A stretch of 64,000 bases of DNA, from the NCBI GenBank assembly GCA_965248835.1, contig CBDFLJ010000002.1:1856001-1920000 (forward strand), written 5' to 3'. The stretch's first letter is position 1. Every line of letters begins with the position of its first letter. A program made the position numbers and the translations under genes. The notes beneath the pieces were generated by a model that made no database searches, had not been told where the DNA came from, and worked only from the letters and a program-made list of their open reading frames with translations. Positions 27,530 through 36,872 of the stretch are shown piece after piece. The DNA is from Alphaproteobacteria bacterium. GTDB taxonomy: Bacteria > Pseudomonadota > Alphaproteobacteria > MPNO01.

Positions 27530-28210
27530 TTGCGGCTTGTGCTGGAGACATCCGACGGCGAGCGTCCGATCGATTTCACGCCCGCAGACCTGGTGATTGC
27601 CGGCTGGACCGGGCGCGACATCCAGGCGGTCGAGGCGCACATCGCGGAGCTTGCGGCGATCGGCGTGGCACGCCCGCCGCATGTGCCCTGCTTCTACCGC
27701 GTGTCCGCCGCCCTGCTGACCGCCGCCGGCACGATCCAGGTCTCGGGCACGGATTCCAGCGGCGAGGTGGAGTTCGTGCTCTACGGCGCCGCGGGCGGCA
27801 TGCTGGTCGGGCTCGGCTCGGACCATACCGACCGCAAGGTCGAGACCTATTCGGTGAGGGTCTCCAAGCAGATGTGCGCCAAGCCGATATGCGGCTCGGT
27901 CTGGCGCTTCGAGGACGTGGCCGATCATTGGGATTCGCTGATCCTGCGGTCCTGGGCGGTAAACGGGGGCGAGCGCGCGCGCTATCAGGAAGGCAAGGTA
28001 AGCGCCATGCGCACGCCCGACGACCTGATCGGCCGCTATACCGGCGGCGCGGCGGCGCTGCCGGTCGGAACCGTCATGTTCGGCGGGACGCTCGTCGTCC
28101 AAGGCGGGCTGCGCCCGGCCGAGCGCTTCGAGATGGAGATCGCCGATCCGGTCCTCGGCCGCAGCCTGAGCCATGCCTACGACACCGTTGCCTTGCCGGC
28201 CGAAGGCTGA
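27530..28210 (+). CDS. DUF2848 family protein (FAH-like fold)
   Basis: VIAGWTGRD, SSGEVE, GSDHTDR and SKQMCAKP motifs. Start uncertain. Confidence 0.85.
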   Translation: MRLVLETSDGERPIDFTPADLVIAGWTGRDIQAVEAHIAELAAIGVARPPHVPCFYRVSAALLTAAGTIQVSGTDSSGEVEFVLYGAAGGMLVGLGSDHTDRKVETYSVRVSKQMCAKPICGSVWRFEDVADHWDSLILRSWAVNGGERARYQEGKVSAMRTPDDLIGRYTGGAAALPVGTVMFGGTLVVQGGLRPAERFEMEIADPVLGRSLSHAYDTVALPAEG

Positions 28211-28239
28211 TCGCGACACCCGGATCGAGGAGACCGACG

Positions 28240-28626
28240 ATGCCCGTCAACAAGCAGCACCTGGAGTTCCATCCGCTCGACCTGGAGGGCGGCTTCGAGG
28301 CGGTTCCCGGCTATCCGCCCGGCGTGACCCAGAAGATCCTGACCGGCACCCTCGACGAGGCGGAAAAGACCGGCGGCCGGACGCGGCTGCTCCGCTTCGC
28401 GCCGGGCGCGTTCACCACCGAGCCCTTCGTCCACGACTACTGGGAGGAGGTCTATCAGGTCACCGGCGATTTGTGGGTGGGCAGCAATGCCCAGGGCAAG
28501 GGCGGCGAACGGTTCGCGCCCAACACCTACGCCTGCCGACCGCCGGGCGCCTATCATGGCCCGTTTCGCTCCGAAGGCGGCTGTGTGCTGCTCGAGCACC
28601 ACTATTACGACGAAACCCCAACCTGA
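28240..28626 (+). CDS. Cupin domain protein
   Basis: RTRLLRF, HDYWEEV and RPPGAYHGPF motifs; GAGGAG RBS. Confidence 0.82.
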   Translation: MPVNKQHLEFHPLDLEGGFEAVPGYPPGVTQKILTGTLDEAEKTGGRTRLLRFAPGAFTTEPFVHDYWEEVYQVTGDLWVGSNAQGKGGERFAPNTYACRPPGAYHGPFRSEGGCVLLEHHYYDETPT

Positions 28627-28640
28627 ACCGGAGAGCCGCC

Positions 28641-30008
28641 GTGCCGCTCGGATCCAGACCGCTCGCCAGCCTCGCCGCCGATCTCGCCTCCGGCGCCACC
28701 ACCAGCCGCGATCTGGTCGAGGCCGCGATCGCCGCGGCCGAGGACCGCGACGGCGAGGGCGATCGGGTTTTCCTCCGCCTCGACGCCGAGCGCGCGCGTG
28801 CCGAGGCCGAGGCGAGCGACCGGCTGCGCGCGGCAGGCATCGTCGCTTCGCCGCTCGCCGGGCTGCCGGTCTCGATCAAGGATCTGTTCGATGTCGCGGG
28901 CGAGGTGACGACCGCGGCCTCGCGCACGCTTGCCGACATGCCGCCGGCAAGGCGGGATTCGGCCGTCGTCGCGCGGATCAGAGCCGCCGGCGGGATTCCG
29001 TTCGGCCGCACCAACCTGACCGAGTTCGCCTATTCGGGGATCGGCATCAACCCCCATTTCGGCACGCCGAAGAACCCCTGGGACCGCGCGCGCGGGCGCA
29101 TCCCGGGCGGATCCTCGGCCGGCGCCGCAGTCTCGGTGACCGACGGCATGGCCGCCGCCGCGCTCGGCAGCGACACCGGCGGCTCGGTGCGCATCCCGGC
29201 CGCGCTGTGCGGTCTGACCGGGTTCAAGACCACCACCGGCCGCATCCCGCTCGATGGCGTCTTCCCGCTGTCCAATACGCTCGATTCGGCCGGGCCGCTG
29301 GCGCCGTCCGTCGCCTGCTGCGCCTTGCTCGATGCGGTCATGGCCGGCCGCGACCCCTTCGCCGCCGCCGCGCCCCTTCCCGTCAAGGGGATGCGCCTTG
29401 GCGTCGCGGCGACGCTCGCCCAGGACGGTATGGACGGGACCGTGGGCGCGGCGTTCCAGGCGGCGCTTTCGGCCCTGTCGGCCGCCGGTGCCGCGGTCCG
29501 GGACATCGCGCTCGAGGACATGGGCAGGATCCCCGAGGTCAGCGTCCACGGCGGGATATTGGGGGCGGAGGCCTACGCGCTCCACCGCGCGCGCCTTGCC
29601 GAGCGCGGCGCGATGGTCGACCCGCGGGTAAGGGTCCGGATCGAGCGCGGGGCCAACATCTCATCGGCCGATCTCCTGGACATCCTGGCCGCGCGCGCCG
29701 AGATAAGGGCGCGGACCGATGCGGTCACCGCCGACTACGACGCGGTGCTGATGCCGACGGTCGCCGTCATCGCCCCGCCGATCGATGACATCATCGCCAG
29801 CGACGATCTCTATGCGGAGATGAACCCGTTCATCCTGCGCAACACGACGCTCGGCAACTTCCTCGACCGCTGCGCGCTGAGCATCCCGATCCACGCGCCC
29901 GGCGAGGCGCCGGTCGGGCTGATGGTGATGGACCACAGCGGCGCCGACGACCACCTTGTCCGCATCGGGCTCGGCATCGAGCCGGTGGTCAGGCGGCTTC
30001 CGGGTTAG
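28641..30008 (+). CDS. Amidase signature family enzyme
   Basis: SIKDLFD, PGGSSAG and GSDTGGSVRIPA motifs. Confidence 0.92.
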   Translation: MPLGSRPLASLAADLASGATTSRDLVEAAIAAAEDRDGEGDRVFLRLDAERARAEAEASDRLRAAGIVASPLAGLPVSIKDLFDVAGEVTTAASRTLADMPPARRDSAVVARIRAAGGIPFGRTNLTEFAYSGIGINPHFGTPKNPWDRARGRIPGGSSAGAAVSVTDGMAAAALGSDTGGSVRIPAALCGLTGFKTTTGRIPLDGVFPLSNTLDSAGPLAPSVACCALLDAVMAGRDPFAAAAPLPVKGMRLGVAATLAQDGMDGTVGAAFQAALSALSAAGAAVRDIALEDMGRIPEVSVHGGILGAEAYALHRARLAERGAMVDPRVRVRIERGANISSADLLDILAARAEIRARTDAVTADYDAVLMPTVAVIAPPIDDIIASDDLYAEMNPFILRNTTLGNFLDRCALSIPIHAPGEAPVGLMVMDHSGADDHLVRIGLGIEPVVRRLPG

Positions 30009-30038
30009 AGCCCGTCCCGGTCGGGTCGCGCACGCGCC

Positions 30039-31526
30039 CTACTCCGCCGCTTCGGCTTTGCGCCCGCCGATCGAGGCGGCGAGATCGTAGCGGGCGAGAA
30101 TCTCGTCGACCATTCCGGTCGCCGCCGTCCAGTCGTAGGTGCGGTAGGCGTGGCCGCGGGTGACGAACTGGGCGCCGGCGTAAAACATCTCGTACTGGGT
30201 GTGGCGCGAGGCGAATTCCGAGCCCACGGCATCCCAGGCGAGCTTCATGAACTTCACCCTGCCTTCGGGGTCGGTCGCCGGGGATTTCTGGGTCTTGTGG
30301 ATGAGGTTCGAAAGCTCCGGGTTAGCGAAATCCCTGGCCGAGGACGGCAGCATGATCAGGCCGCCGCCGGCGAGTTCGCGGATGGCGTTGATGAACCGGG
30401 GATAGAGATCCTGGGTCAGAACCTGGGCGGAGTACATCAGGTTGCGGTCCGGCACGTAGTAGCCGTGGTATTCCCCGCCGGCGGCTTCCATGCCGTAGAC
30501 CAGGCCTTTGACCATGGCGGCTTGAGCGGCGAGGTTGCCGAGCTGCTCGCGGATTTGCGGAAAGCCCAGGATGCCGTTGGTCTCGGCCACCTTGTGGGCG
30601 ACACCGACGAGAAACCGCATCTTGACCATCAGGCGGATCTGCGCCTGGTAGTTCTGCAGGTAGTGCGCGTAGGTGTCGGAGAACTGCGCCCGGCACATGT
30701 CGGTGTCGCGATAGACGAAGACCCGCTCCCAGGGGACGTGCACGTCGTCGAAATAGACCAGCGCATCGTTCTCGTCGAAATGGGCCGACAGCGGGTAGTC
30801 GTATTCGGTGGTCACCGAGGCCTCATAGGAGCGCCGCGACATGATCTTGACGCCCTTTTGCGCGATCGGCACGGCGAACGAGACCGCGTATTTCTCCTCG
30901 CCCGGCTTCAGGGGCTGGATGTTGGCGACCAGGACCTCGTTGGCCATGATCGAGCCGGTGCCCAGCATCTTCGCACCGCGCACGGTGATGCCCGTCGGGT
31001 CTTCGTCGACCACGCCGCAGGCCAGGAACTCGTCGGCCTGCTCACCGGTGTCCCTGGAACGGTCGGCCTGGGGGTTGATGATGACGTAGGTCATGTAGAT
31101 GTCGGCATCCCGCGCCCAGGCGTAATAGTCGAGCAGCGCCTTGGCGCGCGCCTCGCTGTGCTGGCGGAAGACATGGATACCCATCACCTGGCCGGCCATG
31201 GACGAGGCGATGTGATCGGGCGAGCGGCCGAGCCAGCCGCCGCTCAGGCCCGACCAGGCGGCGATCGCCTGCCGGCGCTCGACAAGCTCTCCATAGGTCC
31301 GGGGGAGCTGCCAGGCGCGGTTGACGCGCTCGCCGCTGGTCGGCGATACGAAGGTCATCAGGTCCAGGTTCTCGGGTGCGGCCTGGAAGTCGTAGAGCGA
31401 AGCGGCCGCGGCGACGGCGTTCCGGTAGGCCGCATGGACGGTCACGTCGCCGACGCATTTTCCGTCGAGGAAGACCTGGCGCCCGTCCTTGAGGCTTTGC
31501 AGATGTTCGGCCCCGGTTTTGGGCAT
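30039..31526 (-). CDS. HpaB family flavin-dependent oxygenase (second paralog)
   Basis: KTGAEHLQSLKDGR, GRSPDH, FDENDA and RHTQYEMFYAG motifs. Confidence 0.9.
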   Translation of the reverse strand: MPKTGAEHLQSLKDGRQVFLDGKCVGDVTVHAAYRNAVAAAASLYDFQAAPENLDLMTFVSPTSGERVNRAWQLPRTYGELVERRQAIAAWSGLSGGWLGRSPDHIASSMAGQVMGIHVFRQHSEARAKALLDYYAWARDADIYMTYVIINPQADRSRDTGEQADEFLACGVVDEDPTGITVRGAKMLGTGSIMANEVLVANIQPLKPGEEKYAVSFAVPIAQKGVKIMSRRSYEASVTTEYDYPLSAHFDENDALVYFDDVHVPWERVFVYRDTDMCRAQFSDTYAHYLQNYQAQIRLMVKMRFLVGVAHKVAETNGILGFPQIREQLGNLAAQAAMVKGLVYGMEAAGGEYHGYYVPDRNLMYSAQVLTQDLYPRFINAIRELAGGGLIMLPSSARDFANPELSNLIHKTQKSPATDPEGRVKFMKLAWDAVGSEFASRHTQYEMFYAGAQFVTRGHAYRTYDWTAATGMVDEILARYDLAASIGGRKAEAAE

Positions 31527-31720
31527 GGTTGCGCTCCTCATCGCGAAGGGATCACCGGCTGCGCGTCACACCGCCTGGACCGAGTTCGGCGCAGACGGGA
31601 CTCTTCCACCTGGCGCCGCCAAGGTCAAGGAAACCCGCCGCCAAGCCGCTGGAAATCCTGGCGATATTGCCCGGCCGGCCGCGCCTGCCTATGGTGGCGC
31701 CGGCCACGAAAGGATCAGCG

Positions 31721-32440
31721 ATGGAACACTGCGCCACGGGCTTTCCCACACCCGGCCCGCTCTATCTGAAACCGACCGGGTATTTCGACTTCGACAACCC
31801 GGCGGTCGCCGCGTTCGCCCGGACCGCATCCGCGGGCGCCGAGACACCGATTGCCCGTGCGGTCAAGCTGTTCTACGCGATCCGCGACGACATCCGCTAC
31901 GACCCCTACACGATGTCCGGCGAGCCGGCAGACTACAGGGCAAGCCACGTGCTGGCCACCGGTGCGGCGTTCTGCGTGCCCAAGGCGAACCTGATGGTCG
32001 CGTGTGCGCGTGCGCTGGGCATCCACGCCGGGCTCGGGCTGTCGGACGTCACCAACCATCTGTGCACCGACCGGCTGCGGCGGCTGATGGGCGGCCACAG
32101 CCTGTTCATCAATCACGGTTATGCGGTGCTGTATCTCGACGGCCGCTGGGTCAAGGCCGCGCCGACCTTCAACATCGGGCTGTGCCGGAAGTTCGACGTC
32201 GTGCCGACCGAGTTCGACGGCACCGGCGATTCGCTGTTCCAGGAATTCGACCGGCTGGGGCGCAAGCACATGGAGTATGTCGCCAACCGCGGCGTTTGGT
32301 CGGATTTCGACCCCGTCCGGGTGATCGGCGATTTCCGGGCGCTCTACCCCGACACGCTGTTCGAGGACCTCGCCCGCGAACGGGCCCGAAACGCCGCCAG
32401 GGCCGCCGCGCGGTTCGAGGACGAGCGGCCGGTCGTATGA
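31721..32440 (+). CDS. Transglutaminase-like domain protein
   Basis: VKLFYAIRDDIRYDPY, FCVPKA (Cys), HGY and DGRWVKA motifs. Start uncertain. Confidence 0.82.
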   Translation: MEHCATGFPTPGPLYLKPTGYFDFDNPAVAAFARTASAGAETPIARAVKLFYAIRDDIRYDPYTMSGEPADYRASHVLATGAAFCVPKANLMVACARALGIHAGLGLSDVTNHLCTDRLRRLMGGHSLFINHGYAVLYLDGRWVKAAPTFNIGLCRKFDVVPTEFDGTGDSLFQEFDRLGRKHMEYVANRGVWSDFDPVRVIGDFRALYPDTLFEDLARERARNAARAAARFEDERPVV

Positions 32441-33240
32441 GCCTCGACCGAGCCGCGATCGACCGAGCGGCTGCGGCCCTGTGTGCCGCGCGGTTGCAGC
32501 GCCGCACGGTCGGTGCCCTGCCCGCCGACTGCCGGCCGATGGACGAAGACGACGGCTACCGTATCCAGGACGCGCTCAAGGACCGGTTCGCGCGCGCCGA
32601 CGGGATACCGCCTGCCGGTTTCAAGATCGGCGCCACCACGCCGACCATGCAGGACATGCTGGGCGTTTCGGGACCGGCGCGCGGCTGGATCCGCGGCAGC
32701 GTCGTCCATGGCGACGGCGTGGAACTGCCGGCGCGGGACTTCCGGGCACCGGGGATCGAATGCGAGATCGCGTTCAGGATCGGCCACGACCTCGATCTCC
32801 GGTCCCGCCCGCTGACCCGGGCGGAGGCCGCGGCCGCCGTGGCCCAGGTGATGCCGGCGATCGAGATCGTCGACAACCGCTACGGCGACTGGGCCGCGAT
32901 GGGCGTGCCCACGCTGATCGCCGACGACTTCTTCCAGGCCGCCTGCGTGCTCGGCGCGCCGGCCGCGGGCATCGATCCGATGAGCCTCGATGAGGTGCGC
33001 GGCCGAACGATGATCAACGCAGAGTTGATCGGCCAGGGCAGCGGGGCGGACGTCCTCGGCCATCCGCTGGATGCGGTGATCTGGCTCGCCGAGGCGCTGG
33101 CGGGCGCCGGCCTGTCGCTCGAAGCCGGCCAGATCGTCATGACCGGCTCGATGGTCCGGCCGCAGTTCCTGGAGCGGTTTCCGGTCGATGCGCGGGTGGA
33201 GATCGACGGGCTGGCGACGGTCGAGGCGCGGCTGGCCTGA
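32437..33240 (+). CDS. 2-keto-4-pentenoate hydratase-like (FAH family)
   Basis: GYRIQ, GFKIGAT, IECEIAF, AIEIVD, LGHPL and MTGS motifs; ATGA overlap with upstream gene. Confidence 0.85.
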   Translation: MSLDRAAIDRAAAALCAARLQRRTVGALPADCRPMDEDDGYRIQDALKDRFARADGIPPAGFKIGATTPTMQDMLGVSGPARGWIRGSVVHGDGVELPARDFRAPGIECEIAFRIGHDLDLRSRPLTRAEAAAAVAQVMPAIEIVDNRYGDWAAMGVPTLIADDFFQAACVLGAPAAGIDPMSLDEVRGRTMINAELIGQGSGADVLGHPLDAVIWLAEALAGAGLSLEAGQIVMTGSMVRPQFLERFPVDARVEIDGLATVEARLA

Positions 33241-33247
33241 AGGCGGC

Positions 33248-33883
33248 TCAGCTCCCCGAAGTCTCGCCCGAGGCGGCGGCCCTGCCGCCGGCGATCCTCT
33301 GGCCGACCGCGGGCACCCCGCCCTCCTCGCCCCAGCGGGGCGCGTTCTGGATATGGATGCCGAACTGGTCGAGCATGCGCATGCAGCTCTGGTCGACGAT
33401 GTCCTGCAGCGTCACCGGGCGGTTGTAGAAGGCCGGCACCGGAGGGAAGATCACCGCGCCCAGGTTGCCGAGCCGGATAAGGTTCTCCAGGTGTCCGGCA
33501 TGGAGCGGGGTCTCGCGGATCGCGATCAAGAGCGTGCGGCGCTCCTTAAGGACAACATCGGCGGCGCGGCTGATCAGGTCGCCGGTATTGCCAATGGCGA
33601 TGTTCGACATCGTCTTGATCGAGCACGGCGCGATGATCATTCCCTTGGAGTGGAACGAGCCGGAGGAGATCGACGCGCCGATATTGCCGACATCGTGCAC
33701 TTCGTGGGCCAAGCCGTGGATGTAGTCGATCTCGGTGTCGTGCTCCATCCTGAGGGTGAGCTTGGCCGACCGGCTCATCACCAAATGCACCTCGACATCG
33801 GTGGACTGGCGCAAAAGCTCCATGACCCGGACGCCGTAGATCGTGCCGGTGGCCCCGGTGATGCCGACGATCAAACGCTCCAT
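33248..33883 (-). CDS. ubiX: Flavin prenyltransferase
   Basis: IVGITGATG, ISSGSF, APCSIKT, RAADVVLKERR, RETPLH and PAFY motifs. Confidence 0.95.
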   Translation of the reverse strand: MERLIVGITGATGTIYGVRVMELLRQSTDVEVHLVMSRSAKLTLRMEHDTEIDYIHGLAHEVHDVGNIGASISSGSFHSKGMIIAPCSIKTMSNIAIGNTGDLISRAADVVLKERRTLLIAIRETPLHAGHLENLIRLGNLGAVIFPPVPAFYNRPVTLQDIVDQSCMRMLDQFGIHIQNAPRWGEEGGVPAVGQRIAGGRAAASGETSGS

Positions 33884-34020
33884 TACGGATACCCTCCTAC
33901 CCAACTATCCGTGGTATCTATATCCGATGCCGTCCCGGGCGAAAAGGACACCGCACCCGGCCAGGCTCGCTCCGGCGCGCAGTGAAGCGTTGTAGGGTGC
34001 CGCCGGCAATGGAACGCGTG

Positions 34021-34980
34021 ATGAGGCGAAGCGCAGGCATCAATCGGGTTTTGCGGTTGGCGGCGCTGGCGGGTGTCGCGGGCCTGGCGGTTGCAGCCGC
34101 GCCGGGCGCGGCGAGCTTGGCGGCTGACCAGGCGCCGGCCGCACCGGTCATGGTCGGCGAGCTGACGCGCCACATCGCGCACCACGAGGACACGCTGGTC
34201 GACCTCGCTCGGCAATACAACGTCGGATACACCGAACTGCGCGCCGCCAACCCCCATATCGATCCATGGCTGCCGGGCGCGGGCACCGAGATCCTGGTCC
34301 CCACCGGCCACCTGCTGCCCGGGAGCACCCGCAAGGGCCTGGTGGTCAATCTGGGCGATCAGCGGCTCTACTATTTCCCGCCCGATGGCGGAAGGGTCAT
34401 CACCGCGCCGATCGGCATCGGCAGCGAAGGCTGGGGCACCCCGACCGGACGGACCTGGGTGATCAAGAAGCGCAAACGGCCAAGCTGGTATGTGCCCGAA
34501 TCGATCCGCGCCGAGGACCCCGACCTGCCGGCAGTCGTCCCGCCGGGACCGGACAACCCGTTGGGCGCGTTCGCGCTCTACCTTGGCTGGCGGTCCTATG
34601 TGATCCACGGCACCAACAAGCCCTTCGGCGTCGGCCGCCGGGTCTCGCACGGCTGCGTGCGTCTGTATCCCGAGGATATCGCGTGGCTGTTCAGGCAGGT
34701 CGAAATCGGCACCCCGGTCACTGTGCTCGACGAGCCAGTCAAGCTCGCCTGGGTCGGCGACCAGCTGATGCTCGAGGCCCATCCGAGCCAGACCCAAGCC
34801 GACGCGGTCGAGGCGGGCGAAACGCCGACACCGGAGACGCCGGCGGAATACCGCTTCCGCATCCGCGAAACGGCCGGCCGGTCCGCCGCCCGTCTGGACT
34901 GGCAGCGCATCGAGGCGGCCATCCGCGAACGCAGCGGCCTGCCCATCGGTATCCTGAAGCGGGAGGATGCGGCGGGCTGA
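34021..34980 (+). CDS. L,D-transpeptidase, ErfK/YbiS/YcfS type (LysM-like + YkuD + C-domain)
   Basis: ANPHIDPWLPG, VPPGPDNPLG and IHGTN...SHGCVRL motifs; signal peptide. Confidence 0.92.
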   Translation: MRRSAGINRVLRLAALAGVAGLAVAAAPGAASLAADQAPAAPVMVGELTRHIAHHEDTLVDLARQYNVGYTELRAANPHIDPWLPGAGTEILVPTGHLLPGSTRKGLVVNLGDQRLYYFPPDGGRVITAPIGIGSEGWGTPTGRTWVIKKRKRPSWYVPESIRAEDPDLPAVVPPGPDNPLGAFALYLGWRSYVIHGTNKPFGVGRRVSHGCVRLYPEDIAWLFRQVEIGTPVTVLDEPVKLAWVGDQLMLEAHPSQTQADAVEAGETPTPETPAEYRFRIRETAGRSAARLDWQRIEAAIRERSGLPIGILKREDAAG

Positions 34981-35025
34981 GCCCGGGACCGGGCCAGTCC
35001 GCTACCGCACCGTCAAGCCGGAGCG

Positions 35026-35319
35026 CTACTTCCGCAAGTTCTTGCGGAACATCCGATCGGCCTTGTCGCCGGCGGCCTTGGCTTCGTTCGCCGCACGCTC
35101 GGCGGCCGCGGCTGCACGCTCAGCCGCGCGCACGGCCTGTTCGGTACGCGATGCGGCGAGATCAGCGGCGGCGGCGGCCTTGTCGGCCGCGGCCTTCGCT
35201 TCCATGGCCGTGGCCTGCGCACCTTCGATCATGGACATATCCACCTCGGGCGCGGTCTGACAGCCCGCAACGAACATGACCGGCAACGCAACAAGGGCGA
35301 TCTTCTTGAGAACCTGCAT
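35026..35319 (-). CDS. Lpp/OprI-like alanine-zipper lipoprotein
   Basis: Lipobox VAGC; Ala-rich coiled coil; C-terminus DRMFRKNLRK ending in Lys; AGGAGGAGG RBS. Confidence 0.85.
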   Translation of the reverse strand: MQVLKKIALVALPVMFVAGCQTAPEVDMSMIEGAQATAMEAKAAADKAAAAADLAASRTEQAVRAAERAAAAAERAANEAKAAGDKADRMFRKNLRK

Positions 35320-35609
35320 ACCGGACCTCCTCCTTTCGATTGGCTGGAAACTGCCGGCTCACCCATCGCGCCCGGACTAGCCCCATTACCGATGTGTCGC
35401 CGCAGACATACAATATCCGGTCGGTCAACACCAGCACGAGTGAGTCGCGCTCAACCTTTGAGGGAGGGAGGGAGGGGTGCCGCCTATGCGCGGCCGCAAG
35501 GCCGGCCCCGGCCGCCGGCTTGTTGGCGCGGCGCGATCCGTGTTAGAGCATGCTCCCGACACGCTGGACCCTCCCGAACCACCGGGAATGCCGCCGCCCG
35601 GGACACCGG

Positions 35610-35927
35610 ATGCCAAAACCGCCCGCCCGCTTTTCCGTCGGACAGCTCGTGCGTCATCGCCTCTTCGGCTATCGCGGCGTCATCTACGATGTCGACGCCG
35701 ACTTCCAGGGGACCGAGGCGTGGTACGACCACATGGCGCGAAGCCGGCCGCCGAAGCATGATCCATGGTATCATGTCCTGGTCGACGGTCAGACCCATGC
35801 GACCTACGTCGCCGAGCGCAATCTCGCGCTGGAGGACTCGCCGAGGCCGATCGATCATCCGGCGGTCGAAGGGTTCTTTACCGAATACCGCGACGGCCGC
35901 TACGTGCCCGCCAGCGCGATAAATTGA
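35610..35927 (+). CDS. hspQ: Heat shock protein HspQ (YccV-like)
   Basis: FSVGQLVRHRLFGYRGVIYDVD, PWYHVL and TYVAERNL motifs. Confidence 0.9.
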   Translation: MPKPPARFSVGQLVRHRLFGYRGVIYDVDADFQGTEAWYDHMARSRPPKHDPWYHVLVDGQTHATYVAERNLALEDSPRPIDHPAVEGFFTEYRDGRYVPASAIN

Positions 35928-35977
35928 GCCCGCCCATCGACAACTGCCGCGGCGCCTGAGTCTGCAAGGCCGCGGCG

Positions 35978-36871
35978 ATGGACTGGCTGATCTACTGGTT
36001 CATGTTTCCGGTCGCGATCGGCGTCGCGACCACCGCGATGCTGAGCGGCATCGGCGGGGCAGCGCTGTTCACGCCGATCTTCCTGATCGTCTTCCCGATC
36101 CTCGGGCCGGAATATCCGCTCGCTTCCCCGGTCGCGGCGATCGGCGCGGCATTGCTCACCGTAGCGTTCGGCTTCTCCTCGGGCTTCGTCGGCTATTACC
36201 GCCGCGGGCTGATCGACTTCCGAGCCTCGGTGCCGTTCGTCCTGGTCGCGGTGCCTGTCGGAATCCTCGGTGCGCTGCTCGCCCACGAGGTGAACCAATC
36301 CTTGCTCAAGGCGGCTTATGCGGCCTTGATGATCCTTCTGTTCTTCATCCTGATGCGCCGTCGCGCCCCGGTCGAGGCGGCATTGGCCGAGGACCACGGC
36401 GCGCCGGACCACGGCGCCGACCGGCCGATGCGCTCGATCGCGGCCAAAGACGGGACAATCTATCGCTACCGCGCGCCGCGCCAGGGCCAGGGCGCGGCCA
36501 TGACAGGCATCGGCGCCTTCCTGACCGGCATGGTCTCGGTCGGAATCGGCGAGGTGATCATGCCCCAGCTCATCCGGCGCAACCGCGTGCCGATACCGGT
36601 GGCCGCGGCGACATCGGTGCTGATCGTGATCCTCACCGTGGCCTGCGCGTCCTTCGCCCATATCTCGGCCCTGATCGTCGGCGGCGGGGTCGACGCGGTG
36701 CCCTGGAACCTGGTCTGCTGGACGATCCCGGGCGTGATCATCGGCGGCCAGATCGGCCCCCGGCTTCAAGGCAAAATCTCCCAACGGAGCATGGAGAAGG
36801 CGATCGCAATCCTGTTCGGACTCATCGGCCTAGCGATGCTATGGATCGCCCATCGCGAGCTTTCCCCATAG
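35978..36871 (+). CDS. Sulfite exporter TauE/SafE family membrane protein
   Basis: SGIGGA and AAATSV motifs; multiple TM segments. Confidence 0.82.
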   Translation: MDWLIYWFMFPVAIGVATTAMLSGIGGAALFTPIFLIVFPILGPEYPLASPVAAIGAALLTVAFGFSSGFVGYYRRGLIDFRASVPFVLVAVPVGILGALLAHEVNQSLLKAAYAALMILLFFILMRRRAPVEAALAEDHGAPDHGADRPMRSIAAKDGTIYRYRAPRQGQGAAMTGIGAFLTGMVSVGIGEVIMPQLIRRNRVPIPVAAATSVLIVILTVACASFAHISALIVGGGVDAVPWNLVCWTIPGVIIGGQIGPRLQGKISQRSMEKAIAILFGLIGLAMLWIAHRELSP

Positions 36872-36872
36872 C

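Noticed and set aside
28173-33240. ORF-track N-terminal extensions (28173 amidase, 31489 hydratase, 27874 cupin) suggesting fusions
   Set aside because: Extensions are off-frame reads of upstream genes; true starts are supported by an RBS or stop-start overlap.
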